64,000 bases of DNA from the human T2T-CHM13v2.0 reference genome, Homo sapiens: NCBI RefSeq assembly GCF_009914755.1, contig NC_060930.1; one strand, given 5' to 3'. Made by a program: the position numbers and the translations under genes. The notes beneath the pieces are model-generated. The model worked only from the letters and a program-made list of their open reading frames with translations. It ran no database searches and was not told the DNA's origin. Positions 40,320 through 59,855 of the stretch are shown here, one piece after another (the first letter of the stretch is position 1; each line of letters starts with the position of its first letter).

Positions 40320-41673
40320 TTACATATCTATATATAATTATTTCACACTTAAGCAACAAAAATTTCTTTTCTCACAGTTCTGGAGGTTAGAAGTCTGAGA
40401 TCAAGGTGTTGGCAGGGTTGGTTCCTTATGAGGCCTCTCTCCTTGGCTTGCAGATGGCTGTCTCCAATACCAGTCATATGAGGCCGTCCTTATGACCTCA
40501 TTTAACTTTAGTTAGCTCCTAAAAGGCCCTATCTCCAAATACAGTTACATTGGGAGTTAGGGCTTCAACATATAAATTTTAGGGGCACACAATTCAGTCC
40601 ATAACACCAAGTGATGTTCTAAGAGCTTTACAGTAATTATTTAATCTTCACAACAATCCTAGGAAATAGGCGCTCTTGTCATTTCCATTTGTTTAGACGA
40701 AAAAACTAACCCACCAAGAGGCTAAGCAATTTGCCTTACATTATACAGTATGTCATTGGAACAACTGGTAAAGCCAGTATTGGATAGGAGGAATATGTGC
40801 TCTTAACCATTACAATATACTGAGAAGTAGAAGGTTTTGGGAGCTTGTGTTCAAAAGGGCGAAATTGTCCTGGACTCAGACAAATCTAATGTTTCAGAAC
40901 TTCTTTTGGCTTAGAGGGTGGTGGTGCACATAAAGCACCTCAGATGTGAAGGAAGACCCTGGCCCAGCACCACTTTTCCTAAAAGGGCTCACTCAGGCAC
41001 GAGCCCTACATCCTACCTCATGGTGCCAAGCAGAGGCGATGCACTACTTCCCCTATCACCCGGCGAGTTAGAGACCAGCCCATACTCAAGTTTTGAAACA
41101 TGGCTCCCTAATATCCAAGGAGTCACCTAATAAGATGTCCTCTACTTTCTGTGGTCTAAGATGCTACTTATCAGTCTTTCTAATTATTGCAGTAGCCAGA
41201 TCATTTTCTCATCTACTACATTTTTATCTGTTAGCTTCCAGGCCAGCTGCTGTTCTGCGCTAATCTCCCCTCTTGGCTTTTGTCAGAGATTCATTCATTC
41301 ATTCAATACATATTTATTGAACCACTACTATGTACTTGACACTGTTTGAGGAGCTAGGTGTATATCAGTGAATAAAACAGTCAAAAATCCCTGCCTTCAA
41401 ATAACTTGCATTCTAGTGCCTTTTACTGAGAATTCTCCCATTGCTATTTGATTGGGCCAGAGGTCAGACTAGTGCATAGTAATTGGGATCAGGAGAACAA
41501 GTGAAAGTCCAGTTGCAAATATTTGATATACATTATGTATAAAAATATTTAGAAAAAATATTTAGAAGGATACACATTACATGGAGTAAAATTGGTAGTG
41601 AGGGCAGGTATGCGGGGACTTCTACTTTTATAACTTCTTTAAGGTTTGTTTTTAAATCAATAAACATGTGTTA

Positions 41674-41825
41674 CTTTTTTTTGAGACACGGTCTCCCTCT
41701 GTTGCTCAGGCTGGAGCATAGTGGTGTGATCATAGCTCACTGCAGCATCAATTCCTGGGCTCAAATGATCCTCCCACCTTGTTTTTCCAAAATACTGGGA
41801 TTACAGGCATGAGCCACTGCATCTA
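41674..41825 (-). mobile_element. Alu monomer (FLAM-like)
   Basis: Single-arm Alu. Confidence 0.8.
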
Positions 41826-42441
41826 GAAAAGAGCCTCTCTTATATCGAGATAAGAAAGAAAAAGAAAAGAGCAGATACAGATTATGTTTAGATACAGATT
41901 GAAGCAAATCTGATCAAATGAAGAAAAAGCTTCGATCAAAGTTCTGAGGAAAAAGCATAGAGTGAGGAGGCGAGGCAGAAAGACCTGAGTTCAAATTATA
42001 ACTTCATGACTCCTGGCTAAAACCTGCATCCAGTTACTTAAACTTTCTTATCTCCAAATGAGATTAACAATCTTGTAGGATTGTAGAGGCACTTAAATGT
42101 AATAATGTGTGTACAGTGTTCAGCAATCGTTCTCAACAAACGTGGCTTGTTTTCTCTGTTAGCCCCTTCCCTGGCCTCCTGGACAGAAGTTTGTAAGAGT
42201 CTAATTCAAGAGCAGTTATTTAACAGCTCAGCATAGTCAGTCTCACTGTTGCTTTGGCTCTGACCTTGGCACCTAAAAGCCCCAGTGCATGAGTCCACAT
42301 CATAAATTTACATTTCCAGGTTACTGGTACAATATCCTATAAACCATTCTCCTCTCTGGGACCAGGTTCCTACCCAAGCACCTGCCCTTCCAGGGCTAAG
42401 TTTCTTACTTGGAACCTCATTCACTCCTGTGGCTAGATTAC

Positions 42442-42972
42442 CTATCATTTCCCTATGATGACACTTTCAGATATCTGCTGCTGAAATTCTAAAATTCTGC
42501 CCATAGAGCTATGACCCAATTCGACAAAAGAATTTGTGGCCATACTCCCAAGTCCAGAGGCCAAGCCTTCATCTAATTGTGTGGGTCTATGTTTCTTGCA
42601 TACTGAACTTGCAAACACTTCAGAATGTAACTGAGATTACTGATGCTCCTGGCATCAGATTTTGGTGGCCACTCTAACCACACTGATTAAGAAAATACGT
42701 ATTTTGTAGTGAGAAGAGGTATTGTTAACTGTTTGCTCTATTGTAGATCCAACTCACTTCCAGTGAGACTCCTTGAGACAGTGTAAATCCTACAAATGAT
42801 ACTGTCGTTTCCTTTGTAGTCCAGACTTTGCCTTGGTTATGAGCTCAAATCTTCAATACCACTTTGGTTTTGGCTTTTCTTTGGATGGCTAAATAGCTGA
42901 GTACATTTTTCAGCGTTATTCTATACATCCCTGAACTTGAACAGTGATTCTGTGAACACATAGGTTACTATC
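42442..42972 (-). pseudogene. Candidate decayed exon, 531 nt, phase 2-2
   Basis: TTATTGTTTAG| acceptor, AG|GTAATC donor, length divisible by 3, but 7 stops; weak. Confidence 0.25.
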
Positions 42973-43802
42973 CTAAACAATAAGCCTGACAACCTAGTAT
43001 ATACACTAAACATGTCACTTGAATGTATTGATATCTGAATATACACTTTAAAATATAAATAAGTATCCTAAAAATCAAAGTCCTCAAGGGCTTTAAATTT
43101 GGAAACTTTATCAATTACTTAAAGTACAAATATATATATTTATATTATTACAAGAGTAAATGATGCAGTGATTAATGATGATTATAAAAGTTGTTAATTT
43201 AATGCACCAAGACAATTTCTAAGGATTTTCAAATATTAAATACAAAAGGTTATAGAGTTATGATTCATATCAATGTTAAAAGAAAATGTTGGCTAGACAA
43301 CTTTAAGAATAGTGTATCAATTTCGAGTCAAGAGATGTTTGCAAAAATTTCAAAAATAGTATCAGACAGAATAATAGAGATTAGATTTTATCATCATCAT
43401 AGTTATAATCTTTGCAGAACTTTTAAAAATTAGAATTCATAGCATCAAAATAATTTTTAAGAATTGTATTTTAAATTTTGTTATTTAACTTCATTTGTAT
43501 TATGAAGTTTTTGAAGAAAAAAATTCCTTTTGAGAATCTTTCACTTATGTGAGGAAGAATTAAAAGTAGAATATTAATTTGATAGACTCAGATTTTGGAA
43601 TTGTTTTTTCATGTTCTCATACAAACTATTCAAGCAAGATGGAATATCTGCTATTACATATGCTATTACATATTTTGCGGGAACAAAATAAAGACTTTTT
43701 ACCATACTTGGTAGATTATAATGCTAGCCTGGCAGGACTTACTAACAATGAATGATTACCTGCAAAAGATGTTAGTTGGCTGCTTAAGAAGAAACCAAAT
43801 TG

Positions 43803-44190
<388 letters not shown>

Positions 44191-44354
44191 TTATAAGCAC
44201 ATAATGAAAACTGAGGAGGAGGTTAAAATATTGGAAGTGATTTTTTTTTCTTAAAACCAAATTTGTGTTCCTCTGCCACATTTTTAGATCCAAAGCTTAA
44301 AACATTAAATGTGTTTGTATAAAAGAAGTAGTTCATGAAAAAATATTAAATGTG

Positions 44355-47820
<3,466 letters not shown>

Positions 47821-47979
47821 TGTCACTTTTTGCTTTTAACACTCCCACAGCTTCTCATTTTATTTACAGTAGATTCTAAACATCTTGCCTTGTTCTTGCT
47901 AATCTCTCATCTTTCTGTCTTGCACCCTATACTCCAGTCAGACTAGCCTTCTTTCTGCTTCTAGAACCTCCCAAATGTG

Positions 47980-48899
47980 TTACTACTATAGTATCTTGGA
48001 ATTAGCCTTTTCTTCTTCTAGAATGTTCTTATCATATGACTTCCCTGGTTGTCTGCTATCACACAATTTCACCTTTTCAACTCCCAGCACCTCCTCTAGT
48101 TTGAGGAAATCCTCATTTCTGGCCCTCCCTTCCAATCTTTCCAATATGTCTTCTGAATTCCAATTTGTGATCAACCAAGTTTTCTACATATTTGTATTGG
48201 CGGGACTTCCTGAAAAAAATGTCCTTGTAGAGCCTGGACCCTCCAAGCAAATTTTACATTTTCTTGAGGCTTTCTCTCTCTGTAGACATTAAGTTGTACA
48301 CAAGATTTTACAACTTTTTTCTTCTGTTATAGTTGGAATTTAAACACAAATTACAAACAAGTTATTGGCTTTTAGTGAAATAATCTGAAAGGCTTATGAG
48401 TGGGCACCTAGCTCAGGAATGCTAGCATGGTCCCTTTTGAGAAAAGGCATGGTTCTATTTAGCCCCATAAGAAGCAGGTCCCCTAACCCTCATTCCAAAG
48501 GCAGCCTTGCCTAATGGACATGCATTCTGCTCTTGCTCCAATTTACTGTGCTTGCAGTTCAAGTTGCTTCTCCACCTTTGGACTGGTTGATGCAGCATCT
48601 TGGGAAACCACAAACTTCAGGGGACACTTAACCTTTAGTCTTCTGCCTGGAGTAGGGAGAGCTATAACATTTGCTGTGTTTTTAAACTAAAGACCCTTCC
48701 TTTTGCTTCTCTACTTTCTGGGCCTAGGAGCATGCAACATAAACTTGCTTTCAATCGTATCTTGTGATTCTAATTCTGAATGTGCTCAGAGTACAAATGA
48801 TTGCTCTAGCAACTGGGAAACCAGTCTTTAGTCAGATAAAAGTTGTATTTCACTATCCCATATCAGGTGCCCTTCACCTCTTTGTTGTAACTGAAGTCT

Positions 48900-48900
<1 letters not shown>
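47980..48900 (-). pseudogene. Candidate decayed exon sequence
   Basis: 48279-47986 reads about 97 codons with one internal stop (REKASRKCKICLEG...NM*KTWLITNWNSEDILERLEG...). Confidence 0.35.
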
Positions 48901-50227
<1,327 letters not shown>

Positions 50228-51086
50228 TGGATTTTATTCTTTATATTTTGGAGAACTATGAAAAGATTTCAAGTAGGGAGGTAATATTGTCACTGAGGGA
50301 CAACATCACAGATAGTTTCTTTGTTAAAAGAATTTTGATTATTTTCATGGCTGCAACATGTTCAATTCAGATAATGAATCATTTGTAGTTCCTGAAACAC
50401 ACCAAGCTCTCTGGTACTTCTTTGACCTTGAGGACATCCCTTTTGTCAGAAATGCCCCCATACCCACTCCAGGCCAGATAAAACACGAATATGGGTCTTT
50501 TGCATCAACTGCTGTCACACCAGGCTGAATCCTAATTATCTACTGCCACTCTTCTGAGTTCTTTGAGGGCAGGAACAATACCATTTATTTCTGAAACCTA
50601 TTGGGGTGCATAACGGAATAAATGAATAAACAAATGAGCAAATGAAGTGTGTTGGCAGGGAGAGTAATGCAGAGGAGCTTAGAGAGATAAGGTCACAAAG
50701 ACGGTTAATCACAGAGTTAGTTAAAAATCTGATGCCTCAGGTCTCTCTCTGCTCTTTTCCTGTGCCTTAACGTTGCTGAAGTTTACAAAGGTGCTTTATA
50801 GCTTGTGCAGTCCTGATGCACGGAAAAGCTTTATTTTATTGTTTGACCCAGCCTTCCTAGGCACCACCCCCTCAACAGAGGTAAGCTATGGAAATTTTAA
50901 CCTCCCGGTGGGGCTTGCACTTCTTTTCACCCACTGTTTACTGCTGAAAGCCTGAGTAGCTATGGGCCATCTTTCCGGAGAAACTAGGAAAAAAAATGTG
51001 TGGAAGGCAGCAAGCCCACGATGTAAGAAAAAGTGTTGTAACTTAAGCCTCCAAGTTCAATGATGATCTCGGTAAAATGAGTTTGA

Positions 51087-51452
<366 letters not shown>

Positions 51453-52078
51453 TAACACGAAAGTACATGTCTACAAAGTGTTTGCCAGAAAAAACTTCAT
51501 TAAATAAATTTAATATTTTTATTGACTTTCTGCTCATAGGGGTTAATTCTTCCAATTTTTTTTTTCCATATTTAGTTTACTGATTACTGTAGGGACCAAT
51601 GTTTCAGTGATGACAAGCATTTTTCATATCAAAATTGACTTTTGTATCTACATTGTTTACTGTCTTCCATGGTCTTAATCTCTGCCAGGCTCAGTTTTCT
51701 TGGGTCAATGTTTTGCAAGATCCAAATTTTATCACTTTTCCTTCTTTGATAATTTTTTAGTTAAATACAAATACACTGTCAGTTTTAGTCATTATCAATT
51801 ACTCTGTCTTGTTTTCCTACCAAATTTAATTTTCCCAAGTTAATTTGGAGTTTTCAATGTTACTGATACAATCTGATCTTCCAATAAGTCCTGTGTGCAG
51901 TTATAGCTGTTGCCAGTATTATTATGCTGGTTCTTTCTTCTACTAACCTTTCTATGAATTGGGTATAAGATAAACAGTTCGTGTTTACATCTGGAAGCAA
52001 AAAGCAAAGACCATTAGTGGACAAATGTGAATCTGGGCACTTGGCTGGTTCAAAATAACAGAATCAAAACATCATGCC

Positions 52079-52619
52079 TATGGCAAGCTTGTTGACTTTT
52101 TAAGGATCAGAAATCTTTGCTTTGTAAATGTGACAGTCTTATGATTCTTACATTTTCTTTTAATCTCCATTTTGTTTTATCTTAAATTTATTAAAACTTC
52201 TCTGAGAAGGTAAGTTTTCCTCAGCCCTTCTAAGGGATTTTCCAGCTAGTGGTCTCCGTCATCAAGTTCTACTCTGTTGAATTCCTTCGGGGTTGGATTT
52301 TGTTTATAACAATAATTTTACTTTTTCTGAACGCCCTTTTAAAACGTCACACTGAGATCCACCAGAAGAGTAAGAATAACATTAGGCTTGTTTTTATAAT
52401 TCATCCCAGACATCCCAAGTGAGAATTAAAAAAAAAAATTACTCATTTGTATTTTCCTTTCTCAAAAACACATTACAAAAAGATTGTAAAACAAAGTCTT
52501 GAGGGATTGATTAGTCAAGACAGGGGGTGAAACTCTTAAGAATCCAGTGGAATCAGGACAACCCAAACTTCCTTTGTAGAAGAGCATTTGCTATTAAGAG
52601 TGCTTAAAATATCAGAAGA
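52079..52619 (-). pseudogene. Candidate 5' exons of the lost gene (52619-52443; 52351 to about 52079)
   Basis: Strong acceptor TGTTCTTTCCTCTCTCTAG; 177-nt segment; 91-nt GT-AG gap; many stops. Confidence 0.3.
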
Positions 52620-52937
52620 CTAGAGAGAGGAAAGAACAGATCTTCACCACATGCCTGTGACTTATTCTTCCACCCTGCACTAATCTTACAATGTGGGCTG
52701 CGGTTGGTCTAAAGCTTAAATCAACAAGTACTGTAAAGGTTTTAGAACAGTGCAGACCACACAGTAAGGTGCTCAGCAGGTACTGGCTGAATACTGTAAT
52801 AGTCCCTGTAGATAAAAGCCACAAACCCTGTCCCTAAGTAGCTCCTTTTGGTTGGAGTGACTGACAAGCAACAATTACTTCACAGTGCTTATTAAGGGCT
52901 GAGATAGGGGTTAGCTCAAGTGTCTGTGGAAGCAGAC

Positions 52938-53262
52938 CAGTGGGTCTCAAACTTTTTTTGTCTCTGGACCTCTACACAATATTTGTTACCACAAATAATG
53001 TATTTATGAAAAGCATATTTTCCAAATTAATAAAAGGGTGATATCTAAAATTTCTGCAGATTTCCTCAATGTCTGGCTTAATAGAAGATGGCTGGATTCT
53101 CTTATCTGTTTCTGCATTGAATCAGCTGCTATATGCTGTTTTGGTTGAAGGGTGGGAAGAAAATTTGGCCTTAGACACATGCTCCTGGCAAAGGAATGGA
53201 GGCTCTACTGAAAGGTCTTGGCGACCCCTCAGGGAAACCTGGGACCACATTCTGAAGACTGC
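52938..53262. mobile_element. hAT-Charlie derivative
   Basis: CAGTGGGTCTCAAACTTT terminus and Charlie1-like internal motif. Confidence 0.6.
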
Positions 53263-53514
53263 TTACTGGATACCAAGAATGTTTCTTGGAGGTAGCAATT
53301 TGAGTCCTGAGGTAGATCAGCCATGTAGGGTGAGGGTAACGGAGGTAGTTAATGGTAAGGCTGCTGTGCCGAGCCAGCACAGATATTTGGGCAGAGGGCT
53401 CATCTACTCCATCCTATTCTACCATTCTTGAACTCACAGTCAATTAATAAAAAGTACCTGGGGTTGGGGAGCTGCGCATCAATATTATATTAACTGTGAA
53501 GCCTTAGTGCTTAC

Positions 53515-54860
53515 TACGGTCGAGAAAAAGCGCTCCTCTGATTCGCCCCTCCCGGCGGCGCGGAGGTGTGAGCTAGAAGCCCGCAGGCGGTGCCGCGTCC
53601 TCCGAAGACAGGGAGGGGCGCGGCAACGCCGGGAAGCGCTGCAGCCCGGGGCCCCACGGAGGCGCGGCGCTCGAGGCCCTAAAGCGCGCAGGCGCGGCAG
53701 CGACGCAGGCCGCGGCCCCCGGAACGGTAAACAGTGGGGTCACGTGACACGGCCCCTCTCCAGCTCCCGCGCCGCCGCCGCACGCCGATGGCTGCGGGGT
53801 CTCGCGCCGTCGCACCGTCCCCACGCGGCAAGCGACCTTCGGGCTCAGGGCGGCGGCGGCTGCAACGAGGATTAGGAGGGCGGCGCGGAAGCCAAGAATA
53901 GTGTCGTCAGCAGCAGCCATTTGGTCCCAGGAGGAAAAGAGGCTGTGGCAGCGACGCCGACGTCCTGCGCGTACCCCCTCTCCGCGGCACCCACCGGGCC
54001 CCCTCCTCCTCCTCTTCGGCGGCGGCAGCGTCCACCATCTTCCTCTTGCTGCCAGTGGTAGCGCTCGTCTGGCGGAGCTGGGTGAGTTGCGGCTGTGGCC
54101 GCGGCCAGGGAGACGGGCAATCCTCCCCTCCCCCATCCCCTTCCACACGCACAGCGCCTCCGCGGGCCTCTCCGCCCCTCCCGCGGCGGACTCTCCGCGC
54201 TTTTCTCCCGCGCAGCCGAGAGATCGCCTCTCGGGCCTCTTGCGCAACGTCCTCGGCCTACCTGGGCCGCGCCGCTGGCGCCTGTGGACCATTTGGACCG
54301 CGGGCTGGGGAGGGAGTCGCAGCGACGCGGTCGCCAGGCGGAGGGTCGGGACCACGGCCTCTCTCCCGACCACTGGTACCCAGCCGTCTGCCGCGAGGGC
54401 GCCCCGCCGCCGCTGAGGCGCGGGCGCCCAGGCCCGAGGCACGGCGGGCGCTGCCTGGAAGGCCCGTCTCGCAGGCCCCCGGATCCGGCCGTTGGGGCCT
54501 CTTCCTTCTCAGGGAGCCCCAGCATGGAGCTTTGGGCCTTGGTTTCGGGAAACTGGGACTGGCCCTGGCTGCTAGGCTGCTCCCTGCTGCTGCTTTTTGG
54601 AGATGAGAGTTGCTCTTCCATTTATCCTCCAGTTACCGCGCGCTTTTGTGCCCGGGACTCAAACTGTGGACTCCTTTTGCTTAGTTTGAAATGAGAAGCC
54701 TAGACTCTTGCCTTCCGATAATACATGTAATTTAATGAACCACTTGTCGATACGTACGTGTTAATGGTGCTAAATAACTGATCACCTGACACGGGGGGCG
54801 GGGGCGGTGCGGAGAGTAGAAAGGAAGAGAATGTTGATATCGCGCACGGAGTCCTGTGTC
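53515..54860. promoter_or_regulatory. PHF3: CpG island promoter
   Basis: Dense CpG; GTCACGTGAC E-box (53739-53748), CGGAAG ETS site, YY1-like CCAT cores. Confidence 0.9.
53745..54081 (+). other. PHF3: Non-coding first exon, probably PHF3 (TSS approximate)
   Basis: Donor TGG|GTGAGT at 54082, then T-rich intron with no coding exon up to the window end; identity from recalled synteny. Confidence 0.75.
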
Positions 54861-57499
54861 CCTCCTTTCCCTCAGGATGTGTTGCCGGGTTAGGTGACCT
54901 TTTTCCATCTTTGGGCTTTTAAATGCCAATTCCTAGAGACTAGATTGGGGTGGTTATTAGTGCTTTCCAGTAGTCACGCGTAGAATATGTTCATGGATTA
55001 ATGTTAAGTGGCAACACTGCTTTAATATTCTAGTCCTAATCTGCATTACATGTAGCGATATTTAATTTAAAAAGAATAATCGATTATTGAGGCTTCTCTA
55101 AATACTAACTTTACTATCTTATTTTAAGCTAAATTTAAAAACCAATGCAGTAAACTCTGTAGGGAGTACTTAAACAGTACGTTGTTGTATTTAGTTACTA
55201 TTTTGGGGTCGAACTTGTCTTCCCTTTGACAAAATGATTGTTAAAGGCCTAACAAAACTACGCCTCCATTATTCATTTTTCGATTCCTGAATGAAGTGTT
55301 TGGAACTGTGAAAATATTTGTAGAAAAAGATGTATGTTTGTGTTAGAGCGACATGTTGAGTCAAAGCACCAGAAACTTTTCTATTGTAGCATACTTATGT
55401 TTTTGAATTTATAGCTCCCTTCCACAGCACAAAAAGGTGTTGTGTAAAGATTATTGTTATTTTAAATAGTAATTTTAAAGTTTAGTTATCACTTAGACCT
55501 TTTCCCCACTAATTTTTCTCTTCATTCATCTGTTTACTGGCTATATATTACCATAATGATTCTTTCCTTCATCATCATCGTCATTATCACTGTTATTATT
55601 ATTTTACAATACATACTTCATTTTCTGGTGATAGTAGCAGAGTTTAGTGGCAGACTTTTAGGAGTGATGATTCCTCTGATTGAGCCACACAATCAGTCCT
55701 GAAACGGGCTACTTTTATGTAAAAAGATTACAACTTTAGATTTTAAGCTTTTTCAGATAGCTGTACTCGGTAATTTGTCAAAATGATAAAAATGAGCCAG
55801 TGATGGGACCAAAGTTTGCCTCTTATTTACATTTTTTATAGGTTCATTTATTGAAGAATAGAAAAATATAGTTTATTTTACTGCTTTTGCATACACGTGA
55901 ATTATGCATTCTCTCTTGTTGGGATAGACTTCAGATAACTTTATCATGTTGATCTTATGGTATACTTATATGTTGCATAATCAGAAAAGTCACCTCTGAG
56001 AAGTGGTCTATGTAAATGTAGGTAAAAAATTGGTTTGGTCAGATGCACATTTCAAGATAGAAAAATCGAAAGGAATTTGTCTTTAATCATTTCAAACTAT
56101 GTTATTAAAATTTAAATTTTATTGAGTATTGGAATCCACTAGGAAAGTTGACAGTCTTTGACTTATGTAATGTATTACTTATAAAAGTTGGGAGGCAGCA
56201 AGTGGCAATTTGGAGTATTGCAAAATCAAGAGCTTAGATTTTTTTCATAGTATAAGGCCTACTTGGAAAAACTGGTGAATGAAAATTATACATACAATTC
56301 TGTGTTTCAGTTACTGAAATAGATGATGTTTATCTTCCTTAACATGGTGGGATGGTGTTTGCTTTTTTGATACATTTTGCCTTCTTAAGATCCATTTAAA
56401 TTTCTCATAAAATCCTTTTTACATATGTTTTTTCTGGAGATAATAACTTTTCTGTTTTTTAGTGAGATAGTGAGATTTTTTGGTCAACATTTAGGTTTGT
56501 GTATTACCAATACATATTTCACCACACAGTGTCAAGGAGTTCAGGATTCTTAGGGTGCTGATTTCTAACAGTTTTTATTCATCCACATTTCAAGAATTCT
56601 TTCTGACAAGTGGCTGCTGGATTTTTTTCTTTTCTGGAAAAGTACATCTTGGGCTCTGTTTCTCTTATTTCTTCTTGGAGCACTCTCTCAGAATTCTGGA
56701 GTATCTTTTCAGAAGGATAGACACTTTTTCAACTATAAAAATTGCTTGGCAAACTGTTAGACATTTATGATACTGTTGCATTTTTGAGAACACAGTCAAA
56801 AAATATTCTTTAATTGTTGCCCTTTGATTACACATGGAAAGATATTGAGAGTATTGATGTGATTAAACATACATGAGACCCTGAGGCTGTTTCTATTCTC
56901 AGTAAAGATATTATAGTCTGGGAAACAAGATTCATTGACATCTGATGTTAATCAGTGTATTAGAGTTAAAGGGGAAAATATCAAGAGTTTTATGAGGAAT
57001 TGCTATATGTGTGGACTTGACAATTATTGTCCTGCATAATGTGCTTAATTTAGACCATTTTTAATGGTATTTTAAAATTTTATGACTATTATACAGTGAA
57101 GAGTGGATATAGAGAAATAGTTCAGTAAAAATTTTAAGATATTTCCAGAAGTTTTAACCTGTTGGCATAATCTAACTTTATTAGACAGTTTCGAAGAGCG
57201 TGGTAGATTATACAGAAAGGCTGAACTTTAACATTTTAATTCGTTTGTAATTTGCATGAGCTGGGCACATGAAAGCATAAAGTTTTAGACTGAAAATAAA
57301 TGGAAAAGTTTGTAGCTGATAAATTGCTTTTCCTCCAATGATGTTCATATGCATTGAGGCTTACATTTTGTTTTTTTTTAAATGTGTAGAGGGTGGCTAA
57401 GTGCATATTCCTGTTTTATTTTGGAAGAAGGATGAGTCACTTTTGTTTCTAGCATTTTTTAAGATTTCATTAATGATATATTAAAAGCATAAAAATTAA

Positions 57500-58935
57500 T
57501 GTGTAGAGTGCATTATAGAGTGTAAAAGTGTAGGCTCAGGAATCACACTGAATGGGTTCAAATGTAGGAATATTGGGTATGTGACCTTGGGCAAATTATG
57601 TAATTATCTAGGTCTCAGTTTGCTCTAAAGAGAAAGGACTAATAATTGCACCTACCTTATAGGGTCGCTGTGAGGAACTAATGAGATAATGCATACGATA
57701 CACAGGGCCTGGCATATAGTGTGTGCCAATTACACGTTAGCTTGGGTTGTTACTCCCTAGGCCATAGTTTTAATGATGAGCTAGGTCCACTACTTTGGTG
57801 GTTTATTCAAATTCCTAATGCTTATAATGTCAGTTATGATATAATGCCAATATAGTTGTAAACTTTGAAGTTAACTCTTTCTTGTTACTGTTGGCTACTG
57901 TAATTCTGTGTTTGCCAGTTTCAACATCTTCAGATCCTTTCCTAGGGACTTAGGTCTGCTTTGGTCTTAGTTGTCTTTGTGCAGCAGACACTTTGATATC
58001 TTCTTTTTACCAGATACATTTAGAAAAGTTATGATCCTTGCTTTCTATAATGATGTCTTGCCAATAGATTCTAACTAACGAAACTGAACCAGATTTGAAG
58101 TGGGGGTGTAGAGTAGATGACTAGGTTGAATTGCTTTGTAGAATGATACTTTGTAGTATTGTGTCATACCACATGGCCTAACCACTTATTAATTTTTGAC
58201 TCTGTCCTCGAAGGATGGATAACCCATGATTCATCTTTAGTGTTGTTATATCATAGTAGTTAAGAACTGACCTTAGTGTAATGCAGAGTGGATCTGAGTC
58301 CTGGCTCTGTCACTTATTTATTTTGTAATATTGGGTGTAACTTTGCTAAACTTTAGCCCCTCTCTTGTAAATTGGGGATGATAGTACCTGCCTAATGGTT
58401 TGGTTGTGAGGATTAAATGGCATGATGCATTTAATTTGTTTAGCACAATGCCTTGCACACAGTAAATATCCAGTGAGTTTAACCTTACAAACACATAGGG
58501 CAGTTGTAAGCACATTGACTCTTAAATGAAATTTTCTGGGTTCAGATTTTAGCTCTGTTCTTCCTGTAGGAGATAGCTTAAACAAACAAACAAACAAAAC
58601 CAAACAACTTTTAGTTCCATCACCTACTATGGCAAATTATTTAAACTCTTTGATCCTAATTTCATTTTATTTCAATTTTTATATAATCAGGATAATAATA
58701 TAAGGTTGTTTTGAGGATTAAATGAATTAAAAAATGTAGAGCAGAATTTCTTAAACTTGACTGTTGACATTTTTGGCTGGATAATTTTTTGTGTGTGTGT
58801 GGGGCTGTCCTAGTGCATTATAGTATGTTTACTAGATGCAAATAGTACCCTTTCCAGTTGTGATGGCCAAAAATGTCTCTAGACATGGCAAATGTTCTCT
58901 GCATGGGCATACTCACCTCTGATTGAGAATTATAG
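57500..58935. mobile_element. MIR copies (about 57500-57740, 58250-58740) and MER20 (58740-58935)
   Basis: MIR core (GTGACCTTGGGCAA, GTGAGGATTAAATG); MER20 motifs. Confidence 0.75.
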
Positions 58936-59455
58936 ATACAAAGCATGTAGAACAATGCCTGTCTTGAAGTTTGAGCACAAGAAGTTTTGTTTTATCATTA
59001 CTGGTGGTAGTTTGTTCTTCTACTGCTACTGCCTATTAGGAATTTGTTTTTGGTAAGCATGCCTGATGAAATTGCTTATTTTAAACGATGGTATGGGGGC
59101 TGAAGGCATCAAGTGTGCTCCACTTTTAAGACCTTTGTACTTCTGGGTCTTTGTCTGGATTGCTCTTTGGCATTTATGCATTGATCACTACCTCACTTGA
59201 GATTTTGGTTCAAATGTTACGCTGTGAGGCCTTCACTTACTATCATACATAGACCAATCCCCCATCACCACCACCATCACTATTGCCTTGTATAACTTTT
59301 CTTGAGCGATATTAGTCTCCTGATAAATTTTTGCTCCCCTCACACCACCCCCCTACACACACACCCACAGACACAAATGTAGACTACCTGAGAGACAACT
59401 TCATCTTAGTATATAACCTCTTTGGCCTTTGATAGCTTTAGTGATTTATTGTTAG

Positions 59456-59457
59456 GT

Positions 59458-59497
<40 letters not shown>
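59456..59497. repeat. (TG)n microsatellite
   Basis: Direct reading. Confidence 0.95.
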
Positions 59498-59500
<3 letters not shown>

Positions 59501-59563
59501 AGGAAATAATAGGATAGAATTCATAGGTTTACTTTGAAGGTGTTTTAAAGTGAGTTTTTGTAA

Positions 59564-59855
<292 letters not shown>

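Larger units (their letters stand above)
38580..40347 (-). mobile_element. MER21-like LTR with nested Alu arm (38772-38952), microsatellite and templated insertion
   Basis: TG...CA termini; 5-bp TSD CTTAA (38575-38579, 40348-40352); MER21 motifs. Confidence 0.8.
38533..40607 (-). mobile_element. MLT1-type LTR (38533-38579, 40348-40607) hosting MER21
   Basis: GCCATAACAAAAT...GGCTTAA | GCAACA...CTCACAGTTCTGGAGG...CAGTCCATAACA. Confidence 0.8.

Noticed and set aside
53507-54694. Overlapping 120-290 aa ORFs on both strands
   Set aside because: Expected from stop-poor GC-rich DNA; R/G/P/A-rich, no domain, and they run through the splice donor.
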